From: Eledone cirrhosa | Taxonomy: Eukaryota | Assembly (NCBI GenBank): GCA_964016885.1 | Contig: OZ024743.1 | Span: forward strand, 239,258,001-239,322,000 | Direction of reading: 5' to 3' | DNA length: 64,000 nt | In this document: one piece after another, positions 15,820-27,151 of the stretch | Position numbering within the stretch: the first letter of the stretch is position 1 | How the letters are laid out: the number at the start of each line of letters is the position of its first letter | Notes under the pieces: generated by a model | Database searches by the model: none | What the model saw: the letters and a program-made list of their open reading frames with translations, nothing else | What the model was told of the DNA's origin: nothing | Position numbers and translations under genes: made by a program

Positions 15820-15995
15820 TCTACTTTTGGCACAAGGCCAGCAATTACCCAGTGCAATAATGGTACTTTATTTTATCGACCCCGTAAGGATGAAAGGCAA
15901 AGTTAACCTCGGCGGGATTTGAACTCAGACTGGCCAGGGCCGTAACTCTATGCGTCGAAGCATGGCGTCCGATCTTCTACCGATACTGCAAATCC
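15820..15995 (-). mobile_element. tRNA-derived SINE
   Basis: Highly similar to 25169-25345; B-box gagttcaaatcc on minus strand. Confidence 0.8.
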
Positions 15996-16823
15996 ATAAA
16001 TAATAAAGTCGAATATGTATATGTGGATGCAATTATCGTACCCCTATTGATAATGTACTAATAAAATCATGTCCATTATATATCTGCATGTTTTAGTTGT
16101 GAAATCGTCAGTTTCGTTATCATACATTTTTTGTTCACTCCTCACGTGTTTATATTTTTTATTTAAACATAGCTAATATGGTGAAAATGTTGAATTGTTA
16201 CTGTTTATATGAATTACTCATAAGTTTACAGATTGTTTTGAGCCACAGGTCAACCCTAATTCAGCAGCTTTATACCTAGGCTTGACCATGCATACCTAAT
16301 GTACAATTAGCGTGATATGACACAATATATTTTTCTGATTTCAAGCGGCGACTACGTCGATATTCTATCACGGTATTTCTCTACCAATCGGAGTAACACA
16401 GTACGGTCTCACAGATGAAGACAAGGAATCATTCGTAAATTTATAGTGCTGTCACCGCTTAGAGCCTGCAAAATGGGAGTCAATACGTTATTCATCGACC
16501 TATTAAAAACAGCGGCCATATATCCCTCAAATTTGCATTGATCACTATAAATATGAGTTGAAAAAAATCATAGTTGAATAAAAAGCAGTCCTGGAGATAA
16601 AAAAAAAAAAAGGTGGGAAGAGATGCCTGCGAAGAATCGAAATCTGCATCACTCCTCGTACCTAGGAGTATTTTATTCCACATGCTCAACTATGATTTAT
16701 ATCTACTAGTATTATAACCATGTCACAACTGTGACAACTACATTTCACAATTCACGCACACTTGTAGATATTTATACACACACATAAATATATAAAAATG
16801 TGTATGCACCTCTATATGTGTAT

Positions 16824-16869
<46 letters not shown>

Positions 16870-16883
<14 letters not shown>

Positions 16884-17228
16884 ATGTATGTATACGTACA
16901 TACATATATGTATACAGACGTACAGTAGTATGTATATATATACATACATGCACACATATATATATGCACGTATCGGTTTAACGAACATTTATTATCATGC
17001 TCGGTTTGTTTGTAAACAAACAAACAGCCAGAATTACGCCGTACAGTGTTTAGGCAACCACGTCACCTGGTCGTGCACATATATATGTGTGCATGTATGT
17101 ATATATATACATACTACTGTACGTCTGTATACATATATGTATGTACGTTTACATACATACATACATACATACATTTAAGTAAGTGTCGTACTAAGAGTGA
17201 GAAATGAAATTTCGTTTCATTCTATTCC

Positions 17229-17235
<7 letters not shown>
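16870..17235. repeat. Foldback derivative of the 18.5-19.6 kb element family
   Basis: cgtacatacatatatgtatacagacgtacagtagtatg and its reverse complement; terminal motif gtactaagagtg..aaatgaaatttcgtttc shared. Confidence 0.8.
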
Positions 17236-17317
<82 letters not shown>

Positions 17318-17406
17318 ACGGAAAAAATGAAACGAAATTTCATTTCCCACTCTTATATATCTGTGTGTATGTGTGTGAGTGGGTGTGTGTGTATAAATAA
17401 ATTGTG

Positions 17407-17585
<179 letters not shown>

Positions 17586-17711
17586 CACAATTCACACACA
17601 CTTGTATTTATTTATACACACACAAACACACACTCACACACTTGTATTTATTTATACACACACACACATGTGTGGGTGTGTATAAATAAATACATGTGTG
17701 TGTGAATTGTG

Positions 17712-17745
<34 letters not shown>

Positions 17746-18064
17746 CACAATTCACACACACTTGTATTTATTTATACACACACAAACACACTCACACACA
17801 TACACACACACATATATATATATGTGTGTGTGTGTGTACATTTATGTAAGTAGGAAAATAATCGACCCTGTTTTACAACACAATTTTCCATTACCGTCTA
17901 GCATTAATGACATAACATAACAATGTACCCTACACTTTCACAAATTAATTCGATGAACCAATTCCACATATCTTGCTAATCAAACTAATTATTACTATAG
18001 CGTTGCGCAACGGTTTGATTCTACCGCATTGTCTAGGTCCCCTCGTTATTCCTAATATTATAAA

Positions 18065-18067
18065 TAT

Positions 18068-18161
<94 letters not shown>

Positions 18162-18165
18162 GTTA
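18065..18165. repeat. (TAC)n(TAT)n trinucleotide microsatellite
   Basis: Direct inspection. Confidence 0.95.
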
Positions 18166-18287
18166 TTTCTTGTTTTGTGGCTTTTGTACAATTTGTTTAA
18201 CACAGTAACTTATTGAGCTGTTGCTTTCAGTCCTCTGAATAGAGTGTGCAATAAAAGCACCCCACTTAAAGAAAGACATGCATGTTT

Positions 18288-18343
<56 letters not shown>

Positions 18344-18471
18344 ATATATGCATATATATTTAAATCTATCTATCTATATTTTAAAATTATGTATATGTAT
18401 GTATGTATATATACATATATATAAAAAGTCTAAAGTATGTCTTAATCCAGAAGGCTCATTTGTCCGCTGCT

Positions 18472-18512
<41 letters not shown>

Positions 18513-18776
18513 GGAAAAAATGAAACGAAATTTCATTTCCCACTCTTAGTACTGCTGTTACTTAAATATAGGTATGTACACGTACATACATATATGTATA
18601 CAGACGTACAGTAGTATGTATATATATATACATACATGCACACATATATATATATGTACGTATCGATTCACCGAACATTTATTATAATGCTCGGTGTGTT
18701 TGTAAACAAACATCCCGTATTAAGCCGTAGTGTCTAGCAACCATCGTTGCTCGTTTGTTCAACACTGACAAAGGAA

Positions 18777-18817
18777 CGCTGTAATAATTTCAAGCTTATT
18801 AGCTATCGTCATCAACG
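18777..18817 (-). ncRNA. Hammerhead ribozyme motif, mutated core (C3A)
   Basis: cguug AUGACGA uagcu-aaua-agcuu GAAA uuau UA cagcg. Confidence 0.6.
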
Positions 18818-19185
18818 TATACCTTCTTCCAGATTGTTGAACGTATATACTTACCTTATGCATATTAACGGCTGAGTAGCCCAATTTGCATATCGAGTGG
18901 GTTAATCGGCTGGGTGCACCGAAAACGATAAACGGAAAAAATGAAACGAATTTTCATTTCCCACTCTTAGTACGGCTAAAACTTAAATATAAATATGTAC
19001 ACGTACATACATATATGTATACAGACGTACAGTAGTATGTATACATACATGCACACATATATATGTACGTATGGATTCACCGAATATTTATTATAATGCT
19101 CGGTGTGTTTGTAAACAAACATCCCGTATTAAGCCGTAGTGTCTAGCAACCATCGTTGCTCATTTGTTCAACACTGACAAAGGAA

Positions 19186-19226
19186 CGCTGTACTAGTTTC
19201 AAGCTTATTAGCTATCGTCAGCAACG
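19186..19226 (-). ncRNA. Minimal type I hammerhead ribozyme, canonical core
   Basis: cguug CUGACGA uagcu-aaua-agcuu GAAA cuag UA cagcg; 5-bp stem I, palindromic stem III. Confidence 0.85.
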
Positions 19227-19387
19227 TATACCTTCCTGCCAGATTTTTGAACGGATATACTTACCTTATGCATATTAACGGCTGAGTATACCAATTTGAA
19301 TATCGAGTGGGTTAATCGGCCGGGTGCACCGAAAACGATAAACGGAAAGAATGAAACGAAATTTCAACAATTTGGCAGGAAGGTATA

Positions 19388-19428
19388 CGTTGCTGACAAT
19401 AGCTAATAAGCTTGAAACTTGTACAGCG
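19388..19428 (+). ncRNA. Hammerhead ribozyme motif, mutated core (G8A)
   Basis: cgttg CTGACAA tagct-aata-agctt GAAA cttg TA cagcg. Confidence 0.6.
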
Positions 19429-19656
19429 TTCCTTTGTCAGTGTTGAACAAACGAGCGACAATGGTTGCTAGACACTACGGCTTAATAGGGGATGTTTGTT
19501 TACAAACACACCGAGCATTATAATAAATGTTCCGTGAATCCATTACATATATATATGTGTGCATGTATGTATATGTATATACATACTACTGTACGTCTGT
19601 ATACTTATATGTATGTACGTGTACATACTTATATATATATATATATATATATATAT

Positions 19657-20000
19657 GCTTTCACCGTATTTTAGACTAAAGAAACTTCTAGCCTGATAGT
19701 GTGGTTTATAACCCTCGGAGAAATTGAAAAAGATGAGTGTTGCCGTACATGGGAGTCGAACCCACATCTTTGGTTATCCAGACCACTGTGCTACCATTAC
19801 ACCAATACACATCCCGTCTCCTTCCATTCGAATTAGAAACTATGAACTTAGCAAGTGAATGGTAGCACAGTGGTCTGGATAACCAAAGATGTGGGTTCGA
19901 CTCCCATGTACGGCAACACTCATCTTTTTCCATTTCTCCGAGGGTTATAAACCCCACTACCAGGCCAGAAATTTATTTAGTCTAAAATACGGTGAAAGCT
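19657..20000. mobile_element. Head-to-head inverted pair of a tRNA-derived (SINE-like) element
   Basis: Arms 19657-19797 and 19858-20000; tRNA-like head tggtgtaatggtagcac...gtgggttcgactcccat complete on minus strand ~19745-19815. Confidence 0.8.
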
Positions 20001-20066
20001 TATAATTTCTAATTTCTAATTTCAAACTCGCGCACCGTTTCAAAAAACATACTTACATGTTTACAT

Positions 20067-20116
<50 letters not shown>

Positions 20117-20144
20117 TGATAGAATTTGCTCCGGGCATAACAGA

Positions 20145-20235
20145 CGTGTCTGAAAGAAGCTCCAGAAGTAGAATCAGCCAGATCCATACAAGGACCATGG
20201 CTCGAGCTACCTGTCGGCGAAACATTTGTAACACG
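20145..20235 (+). ncRNA. Hammerhead-like motif with extended stem II
   Basis: cgtgt CTGAAAGA agc...ggc GAAA catttg TA acacg then AATAAA; perfect 5-bp stem I; extra A in core. Confidence 0.6.
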
Positions 20236-20365
20236 AAATAAACCAAGTCCAGTTATATCACTGATGTTTCGTTTTGTTGATAATTTATACACTCTACTCT
20301 GATGAACATCGAGTGCTGATTTTGGCATACCGCCTATGGAAGCACCATAGCTACCACTATACACA

Positions 20366-20417
<52 letters not shown>

Positions 20418-20526
20418 GAAGGTGAGTTTTATTGTAGTACAATAAAGCAATGCAGATATCGGATATATTTGTTTTTTAAATGTGCATAATAAAATACATG
20501 GAACTCCTTTAACCATCTTCTGATCT

Positions 20527-20586
<60 letters not shown>

Positions 20587-20590
<4 letters not shown>

Positions 20591-20987
20591 CGTCAGTCGG
20601 GGAAGAGATATATTTGATATATATCAAATAATATGAAATAATACACCCAATTTTCCACATAATACAATTAGCTACCACCCGAACGTTTAATTAGGAATAT
20701 ACTCACCTATTTCCTAATGTTTGTTGAGTGAGTCGGGATTTGACCGGAGTATGGCTATTAGCTTTCTCCGATAATGTATTTATATATTTACTCTTGGAGC
20801 AACGGATATGAACTTCCCGATATAAGGTTTGACTCTCTTTGTTTATTTTTATATATGAATATTGATTGTTTCTTGTATCTCATTCTGTTATTTTGCTCGA
20901 GAAAATATCTATGTGTGTCATCAAATGATGTACACGTATGGGTATTTTTTCAAATTCCAATTGAGTTCTAGCACGTGACTTGAATTC

Positions 20988-21028
<41 letters not shown>

Positions 21029-21214
21029 CATTATCGGAGAAAGTTAATAGCGATACTCCGGCCAAATCCTAACTCACTCAACAAACATTAGGAAATAAGT
21101 GAGTTTATTCCTAATTAAACGTTTGGAGTGCTAACTAATTGTATTTTGTGGAAAATTGGCTGTATTATTTCATATGAGATATATCAAATATATCTCTTCC
21201 CAGACGGACGTCTC
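20587..21214. repeat. Long inverted repeat (arms ~200 bp)
   Basis: 20587-20786 reverse-complements ~21018-21214; (TA)n at outer left and inner right ends. Confidence 0.88.
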
Positions 21215-21325
21215 GTTTTATTATAAGATTCCTACAAGTTGGGTGAAAATATACCAATTCATGTAGAAGCTTGTATAAGATCAACAGATATTTATTCAAG
21301 TCGGCTCTTATAATTCTTCAGTGGG
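21199..21325 (-). ncRNA. Hammerhead motif with long stem II insert (G12A mutation)
   Basis: ccca CUGAAGA auuauaaga...ucuuauaau aAAA cg-agacguc-cg UC uggg. Confidence 0.65.
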
Positions 21326-21554
21326 TGCCCAATAACATTAATATTGATAGTCAAATCAACATCAATATTTAGCGATAATCACCATCAGTGCTTGAGGTAG
21401 CTGCTAGGTTGCTAGACCAGCAGTTCTAAAGAAAATTCTCATACTGTCTCAAAAATGATTACTGTCATACTGTCTCAAAAATTAATATATATATATATTA
21501 ATAAAAACAATGAATAAAAACAAAGAAACTGTTCCTTATATTAAAAAATTCATC

Positions 21555-21684
21555 ATTTTACGATCGTTTCTAGGATATATATATGTGTGTGTTGGTATGT
21601 ATATCATATAGATCTATGTAAACATTTTACAAACTATCAGAGGAAATATACATCCCTACACACATATATGCTGTCTTCAGAAAT
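21555..21684 (-). ncRNA. Hammerhead motif with long stem II insert
   Basis: auuu CUGAAGA cag-cauauaugugug...cacacauauau..cua GAAA cgaucg UA aaau. Confidence 0.7.
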
Positions 21685-22295
21685 AATGATATTTGTTTAT
21701 TGAAAAAAAAAAACAACAAAGATTTAATATAATAGGTAGGTCTGTTTGGGAACAGGTTTTGAATTGACCAATAAAAAAGTAGTAAGTGGCAAGTTGATAG
21801 AATAGTAGTAGTAGAAATTTAATTTATGGGTATAGGAATGCAGACTTAAGTTTTGAATGGAAAGAACACTTTGAATGAAAAAATTACTTTGGCGATGAAA
21901 AGAGGTCAAGCCGGTGAAAGGTACACGAAAATTTGATGTTTTTAAAGAATAATGCTAATGTTAAAATCAAAGGAGAATAACATTTTAGGGTAAGTGTGTT
22001 AGTGAGAAATACCAATCTTATTTAAAACACAAGGAATTTAGATCTATAACAAGAAATTAAATTAATTTAAATGATAGGTATACTTTTAGGGATAAATTTA
22101 TATTAATTCATATAGATGTGATAAATAAGAGTTAGATATTATTAAAGAATGTTGTTAAAAACGCAGCCTCGACATATGAATACTGCTTGAAAATGGCTGA
22201 CAACTGATGCAACCAAGACACCATGGTGAAAAACCAATATATGAACATTATATTATGTAACATTCTCTCATTATTTTAATTTATATTCCTTTGAA

Positions 22296-22415
22296 GTTTC
22301 GATGAGCCGCTCTGTTTTTTAAATATATTAATTAATTTCAACTGAACCAGATCTATTATGATATATAGTCATCTGATCCAGAAATATTATACGGAGTAGT
22401 GAAACAATTGTAAAC
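22296..22415 (+). ncRNA. Degenerate hammerhead motif with long stem II insert
   Basis: gtt TCGATGA gccgctc...gagtagt GAAA caattg TA aac. Confidence 0.55.
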
Positions 22416-23060
22416 GGACATTATTATTATTATTCTCTACATTCCTTACATCAAACTAAAATATGTTGACAATCTTTTAATAATGTCTTCCTTGTGAAAT
22501 TTGTGGTCTTGTTTTTCTTAACTAATGAATATATATATATATATATATATATAAATTAATATGTATGTGATGAAACACAGATACCAACACATCTGTATAT
22601 ATATTGCAAAAGAAAAATTTAGCCAGATTGAAGTATACTAATTATTATACTACAGTTTGTCCATATCGATTTAAAATAATAAATCAACGAAGACGAACTG
22701 TATTGCCAAGAGGCTGTGATGTTTAGACACATTTAAATTTCAAAATCAAACCTGTTCCGTAGATAAGTTTAAACTTTAAGATCCAAATATGTTTCGAGTT
22801 AAATAAGTGTAGCAATATCATGTCCTTATCTCCTCAGTAAACATCCAGAGACAAATTGATATGCTTCACTTCTAAATAATTTAAAAGACTGCGTGACGCA
22901 CATGCTTTTACAGTATCTAACTAGTCTCATAACCGTACTGCTAGAAATAACAGTCGTATATATGAGGCGGCTTGCAGCTCAAACTAGGAGCAGTTAAAAT
23001 TAATAAGGTAATGAATTCTTTTACAATGGAATCAGCTCGAAGGAGGAAAATACCCCCTTA

Positions 23061-23492
23061 CAAAATTAAATTAAGGGTCTCATGTCAGAGAGACGTGCGC
23101 CATATCCACTGTAGAATATGCTCCAAGATTCCAATGAAGGATCCGAACATTTTATATCAACTAGAAATTGATTGACATATATATATATATCTAAAATAAA
23201 CATATGAAACAATCACAGGGAATAATTTGTAAAAGTGTTTAAGCACTCATAGTCAGGTAGGTAACTAATGAAAGTTTAACTAGAATATCAAAAATAGATA
23301 CCTTATAAATTCATTTATCTTCCTTGTATATATTGCATTAATTGTTTCATATGTTTATTTCAGATATATATATATGTCAATCAATTTCTAGTTGATATAT
23401 AATGCTCGGATCTATTCATTGTAATCTTGGAGCATATTCTACAGTGGATATGGCGCATGTCTCTCTGACGTGACATCCTTAATTTAATTTTG
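23061..23492. repeat. Long inverted repeat (arms ~150 bp); family recurs at 48400-48680
   Basis: 23061-23213 reverse-complements 23341-23492; left arm plus spacer repeated directly at 48.4-48.7 kb. Confidence 0.88.
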
Positions 23493-23569
23493 GATATATA
23501 CACGGCCCCTTAATTGTAGAGCTAACTCAGTTGAAAGGACTCGGCTACTATTTCTAGTTGTCGATAACC

Positions 23570-23668
23570 ATAGTTAACCTTGGCAGCATTTGAACTCAGA
23601 TCATAAAGGGCCGTAACTCTATGCGTCAAAGCATGGCGTCCGACCCTCTACCGATACTGCCAATCCAA
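23570..23668 (-). mobile_element. SINE 5' fragment
   Basis: gttaaccttggcagcatttgaactcag...ccgatactgccaatcc matches the 15.9 and 25.3 kb copies. Confidence 0.75.
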
Positions 23669-23984
23669 TTGTAGGATGAAGTTTGTGACAGAGTTTAGCG
23701 AGTGTCATACATTTACATTCTCTAGGAGGGACCATCAATTTGGGCTGTGCAGCAATTCCCATGATCGAGCGCTGCCAACGCTTTATTTATTATAATATTG
23801 ATGGTAGAAATTATGTATAACTACCTAATAGCATTATGTTAGTATGTGGAAATCTTGTCGTGGGTCCTACCACAAGCCAAATAGTTCTCTATGGCACACC
23901 AAAATTATGCGGGTGTAGTCCGTTAAGGATCCTACTTGCCATGGTTGTTCACCATATAGCTTGCGGAAAGTAGCCTTGCAAAGT

Positions 23985-24680
23985 AGTCAGACGTGCGTTT
24001 AATTATCGGCCTCTCACCTCTGAGCATTTCAAGGGTCTCACTCAGACAGAGCCTGCAAATACCTGACCCACCAGCGTCAGGGAGTACCTCTCTAACTTTC
24101 GACTATATTAAAGAATACTTGAGCTTCCAAATCAGTTCTGAAAGTGTCGTGTTCTTTCGTTTATCTACCCTATTAAGGGGGGGGGGACTATACCATCTGT
24201 CCTTAACGCTCATAGATGTTGCACCTATGTAAGCAAATGTCGCATTATGTGTCTTAACTTGCACTAATTTACTATATTTTTCACCAGGCATTCGTTTTTA
24301 AGAGGGCACAAGGCAGGGTTTTTGCAGTTACAGGATGCAGTTGGCACCTTTGTATTCACTGCGTTTCGTCCCGTGGGTAGGCTGGATTGGTCCATCCCAG
24401 CGACTTGTATGGGGTCCAGGAGAGAATTATCATTATCCAGGGCTGTTCCTGGCCTAATATTCTCCTCTCCGAGACTCTGCCGTGTGTCTGTAGAGTCGGC
24501 TGGTGTCTGTCTAAAGGTCCAAAGTCTATTCCTTTTAATATTAGCTATATGCTGGTCTAAGCTGCACGTGGTTGAGTATGAGAGCTTCACCACGTGACTG
24601 TTAAATAATTCATTGTACCTGTGGGTTCTCGGGAAGCATTTGTCCAGCGCTCTAAAGAACAGGCGGGCCAGGGTGATCTT
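23985..24680 (-). pseudogene. Penelope-like element fragment: linker + GIY-YIG endonuclease
   Basis: ALDKCFPRTHRYNELFNSHVVKLSYST, CNCKNPALCPLKNECLVKNIV, YIGATS, TTLSELIWKLK, CRLCLSE - motifs characteristic of PLE C-termini; frameshifted. Confidence 0.85.
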
Positions 24681-25168
24681 CAGACCCGCCGAGTATGGTG
24701 GGTTATATCAGATTATTCTTCTGTGCCTGGTCTTCTGTGCCTGGTGATGGGTGTGTGGGATGAGAGAATACTTGACCGCTGTGGAATTAGTGTAGCCCTA
24801 TCATCCATATAACAGCCCCAGGATTACTCGGCCGTCTACTCCAATCCATGTTCTATATCTGGTGGCACTCTGGCCCGGACGGTTTGCGGCCATTTTATTC
24901 TCTTCACGTGTTTTGCGTTTATTCGCATGTTGTGGGGTATATATATATAATATGTGTGTGTGTGTGTGTGTGTTTGGTATGTGTGTGGTGTGTGTGTGTG
25001 TGTGTGTTCGTGTATGTGTGTGTGCAAGTATGAATGTATATAAGAAAATATAAATTAATATCTGTATAACCGAGAATGCAACAGTGTGTATATAAATATA
25101 CACATTTTGTTATATGTAGACATCTACACATGCCAGAAAATATGAATTTCCCTGTAGATTGAAATAAT

Positions 25169-25345
25169 TATTTTTACTTTTGGCACATGGCCAGCAATTA
25201 TCCCAGTGCATTACTGGTACTTTATTTTATCGACCCCGTAAGGATGAAAGGCAAAGTTAACCTCGGCTGGATTTGAACTCACACCATAAAGAGCCGTAAC
25301 TCTATGCTTGGCGTCCGACCCTCTACCGATACTGCCAATCCACCG
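25169..25345 (-). mobile_element. tRNA-derived SINE with 19-bp target-site duplication
   Basis: ccctgtagattgaaataat at 25150-25168 and 25346-25364. Confidence 0.88.
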
Positions 25346-25723
25346 CCCTGTAGATTGAAATAATGAGGAACAAACTTATTTGATTTTAGGATCTAATTGG
25401 ATCCTCACCAGGGAAGTGTTTTTATCATCTATTCAAACACAAGGAAACATGTATTTGATGGGTATGTATATCCATTCGCTCTTAATATTATTCTGATATG
25501 GACATACTATTTAGCATATACTTAGCGATTTGTGTTGGTAATTAATTGAGATATATATTAATAGGTGATATCAGCCAAACAAATGATAGAATATATCTGT
25601 CATTGGTGCCTTGAGAAAGCTACATCAATATTCAGCTCGTGCATTATCCAGTAATTAAAAGAGCATGAGTAATTTTCATTTTTTCTTCAATTTACTTTTA
25701 TTCTTGTAATTGTTCAAGTAATA

Positions 25724-25782
25724 GCTGTCTGACGAGGTCATTACTGCTGCATAACAATTATCATCGAAATATGTATAACTGC
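25724..25782 (+). ncRNA. Hammerhead ribozyme motif
   Basis: gctgt CTGACGA ggt...atc GAAA tatgta TA actgc. Confidence 0.6.
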
Positions 25783-25948
25783 AATTGTGTAAAGAATAAA
25801 TGAGGTAAATTCTAACTTGTTAAATTATACTTCATTTTATTATTATACTCCAGAGTACGCAGAACCTCTCGTATACTTCATTGAGGGCTATAGATATAAT
25901 TCAAAATTATAAGAAAATCAACGATATGAAATAATAATTTATTCATAC

Positions 25949-26070
25949 ATTTCTCCGCACGTTTCAACACGGATAAAATATCACATCCATTTGCAGAGCA
26001 ACTGGGAATTATTTCTTAATAATTATCTGCATCATGGGTGCTTTATCCCAACGGTTTCTCTTCAGGAAAT
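25949..26070 (-). ncRNA. Degenerate hammerhead motif with long stem II (U16.1G)
   Basis: auuuc CUGAAGA ..ggauaaag...uuuuaucc.. GAAA cgugcg gA gaaau. Confidence 0.5.
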
Positions 26071-26756
26071 ATTATTTAGAACAAAAATAAATAAATAAAA
26101 TAAAATAATAAATACCAGATTGGTTGACTTGCTTGTTGAACATTTCTATTTCGTAATTGTTGTTGGATTTCATAGTTGTAACTCAACTCTGCCCTTGTGT
26201 TTTAAACTGGCTGAGTACTTTTTGGCGGGAATTCAAATTTTTTAATACATCTCACCAATACGTGTTGTTTTCAACAAGAAGTCTTCCTCTTTATTAAATC
26301 TCAAGTATAAAGACGTCTAGCTGGTTCTTTCGGGTACTCACGCCCTCTCACATACATGTATATAGAAAAGCTCAATTCAAAGCATAAACAAACGTACACA
26401 CACATATATACATACATGTAGGCATGTTTACGCACTCAAACAGTTACATATGCACACATCCACGCAAAGAAAAGAAGAAAAAATATGACCGATGTTTATA
26501 TATAGCCAACATTTCACCGATCATCACAAATATTTTACTTTTTGTTGCATCACCAGTCTCAAGAGCAGATTATACTGGGGCCTGGTCTACAACTTCCATG
26601 ACTGAAACGCGCGTAACAGGTCGATAGACAATAGCAACATAAATACATGTAAACGGAACTCCTCTTTTTTCTAATTATATACACTTTGCCTGTACATCGA
26701 GTGCTCATATCGGTACCGCTTCATTCTGGCTCTTGTGTTGGCATATAAACAGAAGG

Positions 26757-26797
26757 GTAGACACTAATGTTTCTGGGTGATTACCCTTCATCAGTAC
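26757..26797 (-). ncRNA. Type I hammerhead ribozyme, canonical core
   Basis: gua CUGAUGA agggu-aauc-accca GAAA cauuagug UC uac; GUC cleavage triplet. Confidence 0.85.
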
Positions 26798-27110
26798 TGT
26801 ATACTGCTTACCTACCAACTTTCAGAACTAGTGAAAATATATGATATTTTCTGGAATATACAGTGACTGATCAGCCCGATTTGCATATTAGCAGACTCGC
26901 TGATCAGTCAGATCTGCATATTAACAGACCCACTGATAAGCCAGATTTGCATATCAGCAAATAGGCCAGTCAGTTTAAATGTAAATCTGAGCTTTTCAAA
27001 TATCAATAATAATACTCGATTCATGTTCAATCATGCATACAGCCTCTTTAATCCATGTAAGTAGAATGACTCCGTAATTTTTGCTCTTTTGTTGGCATAT
27101 AAACAGAACG

Positions 27111-27151
27111 GCAGACACTAATGTTTCTGTGTAATTACCCTTCATCAGTAC
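27111..27151 (-). ncRNA. Type I hammerhead ribozyme, second copy
   Basis: gua CUGAUGA agggu-aauu-acaca GAAA cauuagug UC ugc. Confidence 0.75.

Larger units (their letters stand above)
18507..19630 (-). mobile_element. Retrozyme/Penelope-pLTR-like element: two tandem ~410-420-nt monomers plus an inverted partial copy, each with an HHR
   Basis: Units start ataaacggaaa at 18507, 18928 and 19338; inverted copy ~19363-19630; (TA)n on both sides. Confidence 0.85.
26728..27151 (-). mobile_element. Retrozyme-like unit: 354-nt monomer bounded by two direct-repeat HHRs
   Basis: Direct repeats 26728-26797 and ~27083-27151, both containing the HHR. Confidence 0.8.

Noticed and set aside
19745-19815. 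Functional tRNA gene
   Set aside because: Weak acceptor stem, anticodon inconsistent with body, embedded in an inverted repeat; treated as a SINE head
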